Positions 38,860-51,131 of a DNA stretch of 54,861 nucleotides are shown piece by piece; the stretch's first letter is position 1, and each line of letters starts with the position of its first letter. The DNA lies in the IMG/VR virus record IMGVR_UViG_3300037963_004246, positions 1 through 54,861 of that record; one strand, given 5' to 3'. Below the pieces are notes generated by a model. That model was not told the origin of the DNA. It searched no databases and saw nothing but the letters and a program-made list of their open reading frames with translations. The position numbers and the translations under genes were made by a program. The stretch is from a virus (lineage: Duplodnaviria > Caudoviricetes).

Positions 38860-39803
38860 GTTGGGGAACAAAGGCCGTTGAATCGGCCAACCCTGACTCA
38901 GGTTCTCAATACAATAAGGACTACTACAGGACCCTCTTTGAAAAGAAGAAGGCGGCTCAAACCAATATCCCTGTTAGATTAGCATTGGTCGGGACTGAAA
39001 ATACGGCCAAAACAGGTCTGGGTGTGTCTATCATCAGACAAAACAACCCTGACGGACTAATCACTATCTTTGATTTCGATAACAGCGCTGCTGCTACTAT
39101 CGGACACAATTTCCCCGATGATGAGAACATTAGGATTATCCCTATCTATGATGAGGCAGACGAATCCTTGTTCAACGAAGACAATACAGTTAAGTGGCAC
39201 TCAGTCATAGAGAAGGTTGGCTACTTTGCTAATCTATTGGCTGAAGATATTAGAGAGAATCCAGAAGACCATGCGGGAGTTATCTTTGACGGTGCATCCA
39301 CCTTTATGAAGTGGTGCGAGTTTGCTATGAATTATATGCTAATGAATCGCTCAAAGAACAAAATCAATGTTGATGATGGAGATAGATTCAATCAGGCTGA
39401 ATGGCGATTCCGTAATCAAATGTTCCGTGATATACTCAACCGTGTTCATTCACTACCTGTTCAATACGGAATCTTCACCTTCCACTTGAAGGAGAAGAAA
39501 CAGTATGTTGATGGTGGCGGAGGCCAGAAGGTTCTAATGACTGTCGGTCACAAAGCAGATTGGGTTGATGGGACTCAACGTGTTATGAATGCTCAAGTCT
39601 TCCTTAACAGATACATGAAGAAGCCAGACCCTGCGGCTGGCGTTCTTGGTGATAAATCTCTCGGTGATAACGAATGGGAAATTCGAGGTGTTGTCGAAGA
39701 GATGAAGGGTAAGAACATGGAGTTACTCGGCAAAGAGTTCACAATACTGAATGTAAATAATGGGAAGGTGTCGTGGAATGGTATCCCAGACCTCGTTTGG
39801 TGA
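38856..39803 (+). CDS. RecA/AAA-like ATPase (recombinase candidate)
   Basis: GTENTAKTG degenerate Walker A, IFDFD, VIFDG Walker B. Confidence 0.6.
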   Translation: MSWGTKAVESANPDSGSQYNKDYYRTLFEKKKAAQTNIPVRLALVGTENTAKTGLGVSIIRQNNPDGLITIFDFDNSAAATIGHNFPDDENIRIIPIYDEADESLFNEDNTVKWHSVIEKVGYFANLLAEDIRENPEDHAGVIFDGASTFMKWCEFAMNYMLMNRSKNKINVDDGDRFNQAEWRFRNQMFRDILNRVHSLPVQYGIFTFHLKEKKQYVDGGGGQKVLMTVGHKADWVDGTQRVMNAQVFLNRYMKKPDPAAGVLGDKSLGDNEWEIRGVVEEMKGKNMELLGKEFTILNVNNGKVSWNGIPDLVW

Positions 39804-39804
39804 T

Positions 39805-39963
39805 ATGGATTGGGACTGTCCTGTTTGCGACGGCAACATGACTCACACGCATTCAGACCTTTATGACGTTCACTATGCCTGCGAAGTCTGCGGTTCAAGA
39901 TTAGTCGTTGATTCGGCTGTTTTGAATAGCCCGAAGGTTAATGAACCGCAACGTAGGAGTTGA
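39805..39963 (+). CDS. Zn-ribbon microprotein
   Basis: CPVCDG...CEVCG; GGTGA RBS. Confidence 0.55.
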   Translation: MDWDCPVCDGNMTHTHSDLYDVHYACEVCGSRLVVDSAVLNSPKVNEPQRRS

Positions 39964-39967
39964 TATT

Positions 39968-40795
39968 ATGGGAATCAAGGCGAATACATTTTCACTTAGA
40001 AGACTTCTGGAATTAACTCAGCGAAAGCAAAACGTGGGCGGTAAAGCACAAGAACAGGTTATTGCCTGTGTCCTTAGATATAATGATGGTTATATCTCCA
40101 CCACCTCTTTAGTCCGTGATGGTAAAACATCGTTAGGCAGATTCATAATTCAAGGTGAATTAACAGGCGACAACCCCGCTATTTGTATTCCAGACATTAA
40201 CCGGTTCTTAGGAGTCCTTTCTTCTCACGGTAAAGAAGTGACCGTTGAGTCTGAAAATACTAAATTACGAATCAAATCTGGAAAGAAGCAAACCACATTA
40301 GCAGGCGGTATGACCGGATTAGCATTCCCACATTCTCCTGAAACAATCGGGGAGTGGGAAGCAAAGTCAGTTGATTTGGCTGGTAAGTTAGACCTGACCG
40401 ATGGGGCATACATAATGCGAGATGGCTCAAAGCGTATGCCTATAATGTCTATTACTGTTGAAGCGGTTGAATTGTTTGAAGGTCTGCGTTGCGACAACAT
40501 GAACAACCAGAAACTCAACCGATATACGTTCAACATTTCAGACGAAGATGATTCATTATTAGTGTCTGTTGGAGATGAATTGAAGGGTCGCACATTGACT
40601 GAAATAGAATACACATCAACAGGCAAAGAACACTTTGAGGTTACATTTGAGGGTGGTTTGGATAACATACTCAAACCATATTCAGGTGATTGCACTATCC
40701 ACTTCTTAGACTTCAGACCTGAAGGTCAAGGCATTCGTGCTATATTCATACTACCTGACGACTCATGGGTATTCCAAGCGGGGGTTCTTGACTGA
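39968..40795 (+). CDS. PCNA-like sliding clamp
   Basis: About 275 aa, two-domain beta-alpha pattern, near RFC and PolB; divergent sequence. Confidence 0.55.
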   Translation: MGIKANTFSLRRLLELTQRKQNVGGKAQEQVIACVLRYNDGYISTTSLVRDGKTSLGRFIIQGELTGDNPAICIPDINRFLGVLSSHGKEVTVESENTKLRIKSGKKQTTLAGGMTGLAFPHSPETIGEWEAKSVDLAGKLDLTDGAYIMRDGSKRMPIMSITVEAVELFEGLRCDNMNNQKLNRYTFNISDEDDSLLVSVGDELKGRTLTEIEYTSTGKEHFEVTFEGGLDNILKPYSGDCTIHFLDFRPEGQGIRAIFILPDDSWVFQAGVLD

Positions 40796-41019
40796 TGGCC
40801 TCTGGTCGTAATATCAGAATACGCAAACGTATTCTCGATGTTATGGAAGTCGGAGAAACATATACTACGAGAGAAATATGGGAAAAACTGTATTATGACG
40901 AAAGAGGGACAAGACGCTTCTTAGGGTCTGTCCTTCAATTATCAATGGTAATGTCCAGAACTCCTGGAATACAAAGAATGGGAAAGAAGAGGCAAGAAAA
41001 GAGGTGGCGACGTGATTAG
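40795..41019 (+). CDS. Winged-helix protein (paralog family)
   Basis: RIRKRILDVM..GETYTTREI...GSVLQLSMVMSRTPGI. Confidence 0.6.
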   Translation: MASGRNIRIRKRILDVMEVGETYTTREIWEKLYYDERGTRRFLGSVLQLSMVMSRTPGIQRMGKKRQEKRWRRD

Positions 41020-42157
41020 ATTAGAAACAGATATTATCCATGACGAATATACAGCAATTGCTGAAAAGATGTTCGATGTGCCTCTTGAAGAACGGATGGT
41101 TACTGAAATACTAAACAACGTATCCCCACCTCAAGAGTGGTCTATTGGTTGTATCTATGGGCCATCAGGTGCAGGTAAGACTACCCTGCTAACTACTAAC
41201 TTCGGTGAGCCATACGAACACGATTGGAAACGAGGCGAAGCAATCATCTCATCCATTGGTTGTATTGGTCTTTTCCCAGAACAGGCTGCAAGTATCCTAT
41301 CATCGGTTGGTCTGTCGTCTGTCCCTTCGTGGTGCAGACCATACAATACACTTTCAAACGGTGAGCAATTCCGAGCCGATTTAGCGGCGGCAGTTGCTCA
41401 TGGTATAGTCAATGGTGGTATTATCTGCATTGACGAATTTACCTCAGTCGTTGATAGAAATGTGGCTAAGGCAGCATCATACGCCTTGCAGAAGCACATA
41501 AGAAAGTCTGATGCTAAGGTGGTTGTAGCCTCCTGCCATGAAGACATATTAGAGTGGTTGATGCCCGATTGGGTGTATAACCCTCTTGAGGGTAAAACCA
41601 TCCATGCAGACGTCGGGGGGTGGTCTTTTCAACGACCTCCAATTGAACTCGAAGTATTCAGGGCGGAATATGAAGCGTGGGACCTGTTCAAAGCACATCA
41701 CTATTTGACTGAGGAATTGAACAAGGCGGCTAAAATTTTCATGGCCTGTTGGAATGGGAAACCCGTAGCAGTAACCTGCATACTACCATTCCCTAACGGC
41801 GGCATACAGAATGGCTGGCGAGCAACCCGTAGTGTTGTTTTGCCGGATTATCAGGGTTTAGGTATAGGTGTTAGATTGTCTGACTTTGTAGCATCTATGT
41901 GTAAGGCAGGTGGTGGTCGCTACTTTAGCAGACACTCACACTTTGCCTTCGCTAAACATAGATTCGATAATCCAGATTGGAAGGAAACAGCCGTATCTCG
42001 TAAAGTGCATACGCATTCAGGCAATGAAGAATGGGGTTGGAAACAGAACCTAAGAGAATGTTATTCGTTTGAATACATAGGTGCTGAAGCACCTGCGGAA
42101 GTAGCAGAATTGTTTTGGGGTTGGAAGGTTGATGCTGGCGGAGTGGAGTGGATATAG
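41012..42157 (+). CDS. ABC-type ATPase fused to Mom-like GNAT acyltransferase (putative DNA-modifying enzyme)
   Basis: GPSGAGKTT, LSNGEQFR signature, ICIDEF, SCH; C-terminal FKAHHYL and RSVVLPDYQGLGIG acyl-CoA motif; no TM segments. Confidence 0.8.
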   Translation: MIRLETDIIHDEYTAIAEKMFDVPLEERMVTEILNNVSPPQEWSIGCIYGPSGAGKTTLLTTNFGEPYEHDWKRGEAIISSIGCIGLFPEQAASILSSVGLSSVPSWCRPYNTLSNGEQFRADLAAAVAHGIVNGGIICIDEFTSVVDRNVAKAASYALQKHIRKSDAKVVVASCHEDILEWLMPDWVYNPLEGKTIHADVGGWSFQRPPIELEVFRAEYEAWDLFKAHHYLTEELNKAAKIFMACWNGKPVAVTCILPFPNGGIQNGWRATRSVVLPDYQGLGIGVRLSDFVASMCKAGGGRYFSRHSHFAFAKHRFDNPDWKETAVSRKVHTHSGNEEWGWKQNLRECYSFEYIGAEAPAEVAELFWGWKVDAGGVEWI

Positions 42158-42158
42158 A

Positions 42159-42512
42159 ATGGGAAAAGAAACAGGATTTAATGGAAGAAATTACTCGAGA
42201 ACGATAGGCAGGGCTTACGAATACATACAGGAAAATGGGCCGTCTGAGCCACACGTAATACACAAATACTTAGTGACTCGCAAGAGGTTCTATAATGATA
42301 GGACTGCTCAAGACACGGCATCGTCTTGCTCAAAGATGAGTCAAATTATGCGTATGTCTCCTGTCTTTAGGTATGAAGGTGGTCTGTTTTTCACGAAGCC
42401 GTTAGAAGAAGTGGCTCGCAAATGGATGAGTTACGCTCACCCCATCAAACCATTCCATAGGCTGCCGGAAATTCTTCAAGATGAAATAAGGCGATTAGAA
42501 GCCATTGAATAG
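42159..42512 (+). CDS. Winged-helix-like protein
   Basis: RAYEYIQENGP....IHKYL...SKMSQIMRMSPVF. Confidence 0.5.
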   Translation: MGKETGFNGRNYSRTIGRAYEYIQENGPSEPHVIHKYLVTRKRFYNDRTAQDTASSCSKMSQIMRMSPVFRYEGGLFFTKPLEEVARKWMSYAHPIKPFHRLPEILQDEIRRLEAIE

Positions 42513-42661
42513 GGCGGTAGTAGGTTGATGGCTAAAGACAAAACAGGTCGCTTAGACGGCTTCCATAGGGTCATTTTTGACGTATTCCAAACCTATGAAG
42601 TCAAGGCGATTTCAAACCAAGTCAGCCCAACCTTTATAGAAGCATCAGGAGACGAATAGTC

Positions 42662-42937
42662 ATGCAGACAGAGATTGTCGGTAATGTGGAATTGGAAATT
42701 GCTGAAGAACGCTTGACTCGCTACTTGGAGATGGCTGATGGTCGAAAGATTAAGGTTATAACTCAAATAGTGAAGTCTGAACAACAATATAGAGATAGGG
42801 ATTGGCTCGCCGAACAATATACAGTCAAAGATATGTCTATGCAAGAGATTGCAGACATCTGTGATGTATCGGCTATGACTATCAACCTGTGGCTGAACAA
42901 ATACGACATACCAACCCGTTCAAGGGGCAGACGATAA
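42662..42937 (+). CDS. HTH DNA-binding protein
   Basis: YRDRDWL...Y...MSMQEIADICDVSAMTI..WL.KY.I..R. Confidence 0.75.
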   Translation: MQTEIVGNVELEIAEERLTRYLEMADGRKIKVITQIVKSEQQYRDRDWLAEQYTVKDMSMQEIADICDVSAMTINLWLNKYDIPTRSRGRR

Positions 42938-42969
42938 TATTCATAAACCGAAATAATCCCCCTATTATT

Positions 42970-45207
42970 ATGATAGTGGATAGGCTTCGGGGCAGGTCGG
43001 TGCTAATACGGCATCGGAATCCAGCCACATTAGAACGAGTGGAAACTCGTATCAATGACGTTATGCCCTATTGCTTCGTTGAGACTCAATATGCAGACAT
43101 GGTGTCCTGTATAGCCAAAGAAGAGGGTTATGTGGGTGTCTATGGTGAGCCACTAACTAAGTGTATATTCCCAGACCCTTCTGATGTGGGGAAACTCAAG
43201 GGTTCTTTCAAGACATGGGAGGCTAACATACCATTCGTAAATAGAGTGCTATGTGATAAGAAGAGCAATTTCCCTAACTACAAACACCGTATCTGGTATT
43301 TAGATATGGAGTGGTCTATGGAAACAGGGACTATCACCGCAATTACAGTCTATGATAACTATACCGAGAGAGTCTTTACTTGGTTCTTATGCAATGACTC
43401 TTGGCCGTTAGCAGGTCCGGTATCGTCAATGCCCTGCAAAGACCATCCAGACGGATTAGATACTGTGGAATTCGATACTCCCGCTATCGCCTTTATGACT
43501 GAAAAGCAAATGCTTCAGCACTTCGTAAATCACCTCATCAAACATGACCCCGATGTAATTACAGGTTGGTTTGTTGTCGGTGCTGATATACGGGTTCTTG
43601 CTGAGCGTCTTGACTATTGGGGAATAGGTGCTAAAACGCTGTCGCCTCTTAACCGTCATAGATACGAATACAAAGACGATTGGTCTCAGCCAATTCCTGG
43701 TCGCTTGTGTATTGACCTGATGGTGGCGTGGTCTAAGTTGTGGCAGTTAAAGAACGGTAAATTACCTAACCTGAAATTAGACACGGCGGCATACGAAGGT
43801 CTGAATGAACGAAAGATACCATTACCTGACGGACACGATACATATTATTCTGATATAGGGACATACATTCACTATAACAGGGTTGATGTGGAATTGATGC
43901 CTCGACTGAATTCACTCAACAATGCGATAGAACATTTCTTGGCTGTTCAGCACTTAGTCCAATGTGATATTAGGACTACTCCATTCGTGACTAAGATATT
44001 CAGCCTCTTGGCTATGCGTGACCCTGAATTTGAATATCGAATCCCATCCAGACCTCAATTTTCTAAGGTGGATTACGAAGGTGCTGATATAATGGAACCT
44101 GAACCCGACATATATGAGAACATTGGTATCTTCGATGTGCGAGCCATGTATCACTCAAATGTTGCTAAGTATGGTATCTCATGGGAAACAATAGATGCTG
44201 ACGGTGATGATATAGGCAACGGTCTGTGTTTTAATCGTAGCAAAACAGGTGTTTTACAGCGACAAATGGATATGATGACTAACCTGCGAAACGAATACAA
44301 AGCCAAGATGAAAGAGTCCAAGACCGATGAAGAGCGCAGACGATATGATTCCCTGCAATATGCTACTAAGTCGCTTGTGGCCTCTATGTATGGCGTATGT
44401 GGTGACTCAAAGTATGGTTTGTATCACCCAGATGTTGCTGCTGCTATCACATTCACGTCAAGGAGAACATTAGGGGAATTGAAAGACCATTGCGAAGAGC
44501 GAGGTTGTGAAGTGATTTACGGCCACACCGATTCAGTATTCGTAAGAGTCCCCGACCCCGAACAGGGCCTATCTATGATAACTGAAATCAATGGTCTAAT
44601 GAAACCTATTATTACTGAATTTGAAAAGTGGTGCTCATCTATGCTAATAGTAGCGAAGAACAGGTATGCTTGTAGGGTATCTTGGACTGATGGTGAACAC
44701 CATGAGCCGCAAACATACATCAAGGGAATAGAGATGAAACAATCCCGAATGCCTCAAGTGATGAAAGATGCTATGGAGAACGTCATTGATGGTCTGCTTG
44801 ATGGGTATTCGCCTCAATACATTACTAACATTACTACTCAACTCATAGAAGATGTGATGAGTGGTGATAGGCATTGGGAAGACCTGTGTTTGCGAGGCAA
44901 ATTAGAGCGTGATTTATCTGAATACAAAGTCCTGTCCGAAGCAAGGGCGGCTGCTGATTGGGCTAACAGAACGCTCGGCAAAGATTATAGAGCAGGCTCT
45001 TCCTTCTATGTATGTCTTGACGAATCAGGTAAATATATCGCCTTCGATGATGTATCTGAATTAGAGGGCCACGCAACAATAGGATACAGGGATATTGCGG
45101 AACGATTTATCTGTAAGAAAATAGAGCCATACTTCAACATGATGGGAGAAGACCCTATCGTATTGAGTAACGCTATCAACGGTTTGGGTGGTATGGAATG
45201 GCTGTAG
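42970..45207 (+). CDS. polB: Family B DNA polymerase
   Basis: Exo I YLDME, FDVRAMYHS, KSLVASMYG, YGHTDS, KNRY, KGIE; start MIVDR. Confidence 0.95.
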   Translation: MIVDRLRGRSVLIRHRNPATLERVETRINDVMPYCFVETQYADMVSCIAKEEGYVGVYGEPLTKCIFPDPSDVGKLKGSFKTWEANIPFVNRVLCDKKSNFPNYKHRIWYLDMEWSMETGTITAITVYDNYTERVFTWFLCNDSWPLAGPVSSMPCKDHPDGLDTVEFDTPAIAFMTEKQMLQHFVNHLIKHDPDVITGWFVVGADIRVLAERLDYWGIGAKTLSPLNRHRYEYKDDWSQPIPGRLCIDLMVAWSKLWQLKNGKLPNLKLDTAAYEGLNERKIPLPDGHDTYYSDIGTYIHYNRVDVELMPRLNSLNNAIEHFLAVQHLVQCDIRTTPFVTKIFSLLAMRDPEFEYRIPSRPQFSKVDYEGADIMEPEPDIYENIGIFDVRAMYHSNVAKYGISWETIDADGDDIGNGLCFNRSKTGVLQRQMDMMTNLRNEYKAKMKESKTDEERRRYDSLQYATKSLVASMYGVCGDSKYGLYHPDVAAAITFTSRRTLGELKDHCEERGCEVIYGHTDSVFVRVPDPEQGLSMITEINGLMKPIITEFEKWCSSMLIVAKNRYACRVSWTDGEHHEPQTYIKGIEMKQSRMPQVMKDAMENVIDGLLDGYSPQYITNITTQLIEDVMSGDRHWEDLCLRGKLERDLSEYKVLSEARAAADWANRTLGKDYRAGSSFYVCLDESGKYIAFDDVSELEGHATIGYRDIAERFICKKIEPYFNMMGEDPIVLSNAINGLGGMEWL

Positions 45208-45228
45208 GAAACAATTATAAGCCCATGA

Positions 45229-45507
45229 ATGGTGGCTGATACTATGACCGATATATTAGATGGCGACCAACACGTAACTCGTTCTGAAGTAGGTCCTGTA
45301 TTCAATGAATTATATGAAAACCTGCAAGAATTATTGCACAGGGTTAATGGAATCTATGTTAGATTGGGCTGGAGTAGGTTTGTTGTCTGTGATACTTGTT
45401 TTAATGGTATCATGCAGGCTCTCGATGAAGAAGGCAACCCAAAGGATGAAACCTGCCCTAACGAAGATTGCGGCGGGTTGCTGTTTTTACCCGAAGAAGA
45501 GGAATGA
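45229..45507 (+). CDS. Hypothetical Zn-ribbon protein
   Basis: CDTC...CPNEDCG; TATA upstream. Confidence 0.55.
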   Translation: MVADTMTDILDGDQHVTRSEVGPVFNELYENLQELLHRVNGIYVRLGWSRFVVCDTCFNGIMQALDEEGNPKDETCPNEDCGGLLFLPEEEE

Positions 45508-46328
45508 ATATGATACCTGACTCAAGTTATAATCCGAATGGTTCTATACTTAGAGTCAGCAAGTCATCCTTGATGTGCTACCTCAAGTGTCCCCGTCAGT
45601 ATTGGTGGAGATATGTCGGTATGCCGGATATACGAGCACCACCGACACCTGAAATGGTTAGAGGTTCTGATGTGCATGAGTCAATAGATAAGTATTTTGA
45701 AACAGGGGAAATTGATACCTTAGACGGGGATGCTGGAATAGAAGCATTCTTGGAAATCAGTAATGAATTGGAATCGTTATACCCTCAATTGTCTGTTGTC
45801 GAACATGAGAACAAATACGAAGTGCATTATCAGTTTGAAGATGAAGACGGTAAATTCGAGGCTGTATTAGTCGGTGTTGTTGATTTCCTGATGAATGCCT
45901 TTGAAGAGGAAGAATATGTTATCGGCGAAACCAAAACAGGCAACATGGCTTCTTCCAAGTTAAACAGAACACGGCAGGAGTTAGCATTTTATCATATACT
46001 ACTTAGCCTAACAGAACAGCACAGCGACACTAATTTTACTCACTTTGCATACTTAGCACCTGACTCCCAAGACGCTAAGGTGTATGTAGCGGAGTCAGCC
46101 AAGCGGAATAAGCACTTACTATCAGGCTCAACACAAGGTCTTTTACTCGTTGAAAAGATTAACAAAAGAAGTCTGAATTCTATGGAGAAGAAATTAAGAG
46201 CGGCCATCAAAGCAATATATGCTGAGCAGTGGCCTATGAAGTGGTCGGAATACTATTGTCCTCAGTGGTGCGATTTTTGTTTGAATTGTGATAGTGAGAT
46301 GAATGGATTAACCGAGCCGGTGGTCTGA
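45504..46328 (+). CDS. Cas4-like PD-(D/E)XK exonuclease
   Basis: SKSS...CPRQY, G..VH, GVVD...ETKTG, QELAFY, CPQWCDF...C. Confidence 0.8.
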   Translation: MNMIPDSSYNPNGSILRVSKSSLMCYLKCPRQYWWRYVGMPDIRAPPTPEMVRGSDVHESIDKYFETGEIDTLDGDAGIEAFLEISNELESLYPQLSVVEHENKYEVHYQFEDEDGKFEAVLVGVVDFLMNAFEEEEYVIGETKTGNMASSKLNRTRQELAFYHILLSLTEQHSDTNFTHFAYLAPDSQDAKVYVAESAKRNKHLLSGSTQGLLLVEKINKRSLNSMEKKLRAAIKAIYAEQWPMKWSEYYCPQWCDFCLNCDSEMNGLTEPVV

Positions 46329-46473
46329 ATGATGCAATGTGATGAATGTGACTCAAATATGGTGAAGATGGTTGATTACGGATATATGGTGAGCGGAGAA
46401 GAAGGTTCTGAAAGTAGGTTTTTTGAGCAGTATAGGTGTATGTTATGTGGAAATATTTTCAAGGTGGTTACTG

Positions 46474-46481
<8 letters not shown>
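46329..46481 (+). CDS. Zn-ribbon microprotein
   Basis: 50 aa by hand; CDEC...RCMLCG. Confidence 0.55.
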
Positions 46482-49302
<2,821 letters not shown>

Positions 49303-49322
49303 CCTGCAGACGACAGTAATAT

Positions 49323-50024
49323 ATGGCCGTGTTGTTGATAGATGATAGAGAGAACCCGAAGGTAATAAATCAGTTACTCATGAACATGGGTGATAGAAGT
49401 CTGGATAATAAGGGTCAGGCAAAGGTTTGCCGCATGGAATCTGCTGATTATGTTATCGGGGAATTAGGAATCGAGGCCAAAGAAATAAATGACCTTTACA
49501 ACTCAATAGTGGGAAGAGGTCGCAACCGAACAATCAACGACCAACTCATAGACTTGGAAAACTCATACAAGAAGGCAATGCTGGTTGTGTATGGGACTGA
49601 ATTAAAACCATTCATTAGAGGCAAAGCGACACGACAAATGTATGCTCAACAAATACAACGGATGAAGCAGGTTATTCTTAACTACAAGATGGAGTTCCAT
49701 AAGAGATTCCCAAACATTCAGTATATGCAATTCGATACTATGGATGAGTTCACTACATTTCTTCACAAGGCTGCAATGACTGAAAGCGTATCATCAGTAG
49801 CATCAAGCCGACTACCAAAAAAGAGTTCAGACCCAAGAATACAAGCGTTGTCTTCTCTGCCTGGAATCTCAGTAAAAATAGCAAAAGACCTCTTGCACCA
49901 CTTCGGCAGCATACCACGAATGATGCGCTCAAGAGTCACACAATCTGAATTTATGAAGGTGAAGGGTATAGGCAGACAAAAGGCTCGAATGCTAATGAGG
50001 CTTCGTGAATCATATTTGGAATGA
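49323..50024 (+). CDS. ERCC4/XPF-family nuclease with HhH motifs
   Basis: IDDRE, ADY, IEAK...DL..SI..R, LPGIS...A..LL..FGS, VKGIG..KA. Confidence 0.85.
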   Translation: MAVLLIDDRENPKVINQLLMNMGDRSLDNKGQAKVCRMESADYVIGELGIEAKEINDLYNSIVGRGRNRTINDQLIDLENSYKKAMLVVYGTELKPFIRGKATRQMYAQQIQRMKQVILNYKMEFHKRFPNIQYMQFDTMDEFTTFLHKAAMTESVSSVASSRLPKKSSDPRIQALSSLPGISVKIAKDLLHHFGSIPRMMRSRVTQSEFMKVKGIGRQKARMLMRLRESYLE

Positions 50025-51131
50025 ATCAGTATCATTGAATCGGCGTGAATCCGCCTTCTTGACTGATACCTGCAATGAATGGACTTGCAGACTAACATGA
50101 CCTAAAGTATCAATTGTCCCGTCTGGGTATCTGTAAATTACTAACTTAGCAACACTTCCACGCTCGGATGCTCCTGGTAGGTTTTCAGAATCAAACAATC
50201 TAACTCTTGACCTAACTATCTCGCTTTCTTCACCACGCATATTACTAAACATCACATCTGACCTCGCTTCGGGTAATTCTTCTGCTTCTCCTACATCGTC
50301 AGCAGCCTGTGAATGTCTTTTAATTTTCTTGCTGGAGGTTTTCTTGTAATTTTCATCTCCTATAATACTGATTTCCGAATACAAAACGGCTTCGGAAGTG
50401 CTGCTACCTATCTCGTCATTACGACCAAGACTGACTATTGCATCCACCGTTATACCCGTTCCTATCATACCTGTCGGAAGTGGAATCAGCATAACGTGTT
50501 CTGATATTACTGCGTTGCCGGAACTCACTCCAGGGAATGTTATGCCGTCAGGCCCTTCTATCGTGCTACCTGTAATATGACTACCGAAGCCCAAAGCATC
50601 AACAGTATGCTCATCCTGCCTACCACCTGTTGTAGTAGCAGTAAATACATTACCACCAGCATTATACCCACCACCTTGAGGTAGTGGGGGTGTGCCTTGA
50701 CTTTGCCCTCCTTGTGCTTGAGTAAATGATTGGCTTCCTTGAGTGCCTGTATTTTGCGCCTGTGTGCTACTCGGTTGAGTATCTTCGGTGTAAGTATCGG
50801 TTGAATAATCAACAGAACCATCTGCTGCTTGTTGCGATTCCCCATCTCCTACCATACCACTAAGCAGGCTAAATCCTTCGTTTGTGAAGGTATCACTAAC
50901 TGCTTGACCTGGCCTAATAAACCCTACAAAACTGAATGTGTGCTTCGACTCGTCTTCTTCGAGGTCTAATGTTACTGCTTCGTGTTGGTGCTTATCTATA
51001 TTCCAAACCACCTTCTTTACAGATAGTGCTGTTTCGGCGGAATAACCTGCTTGTGCGTCTTGGTATTGTAGTGAGGTGTTAGGTAAAAATGCGAAGTCCT
51101 TTACGACTTGCAGTTTCGGTGCGTTTCTCAT
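50010..51131 (-). CDS. Putative tail-associated protein
   Basis: 373 aa with Q/G/T-rich linker; ATGA-coupled to the large tail gene; converges on the replication operon. Confidence 0.5.
   Translation of the reverse strand: MRNAPKLQVVKDFAFLPNTSLQYQDAQAGYSAETALSVKKVVWNIDKHQHEAVTLDLEEDESKHTFSFVGFIRPGQAVSDTFTNEGFSLLSGMVGDGESQQAADGSVDYSTDTYTEDTQPSSTQAQNTGTQGSQSFTQAQGGQSQGTPPLPQGGGYNAGGNVFTATTTGGRQDEHTVDALGFGSHITGSTIEGPDGITFPGVSSGNAVISEHVMLIPLPTGMIGTGITVDAIVSLGRNDEIGSSTSEAVLYSEISIIGDENYKKTSSKKIKRHSQAADDVGEAEELPEARSDVMFSNMRGEESEIVRSRVRLFDSENLPGASERGSVAKLVIYRYPDGTIDTLGHVSLQVHSLQVSVKKADSRRFNDTDSFQI

Noticed and set aside
41012-42157. ABC transporter subunit
   Set aside because: No permease nearby, no TM segments, and fused to a GNAT domain in a replication operon.
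42970-45207. Intein or intron in PolB or TerL
   Set aside because: Lengths are compact, motifs contiguous, no intein junction signatures.
45504-46328. CRISPR-Cas system suggested by the Cas4-like gene
   Set aside because: No other cas genes and no repeat-spacer array seen; stand-alone Cas4-like nucleases are common in archaeal viruses.
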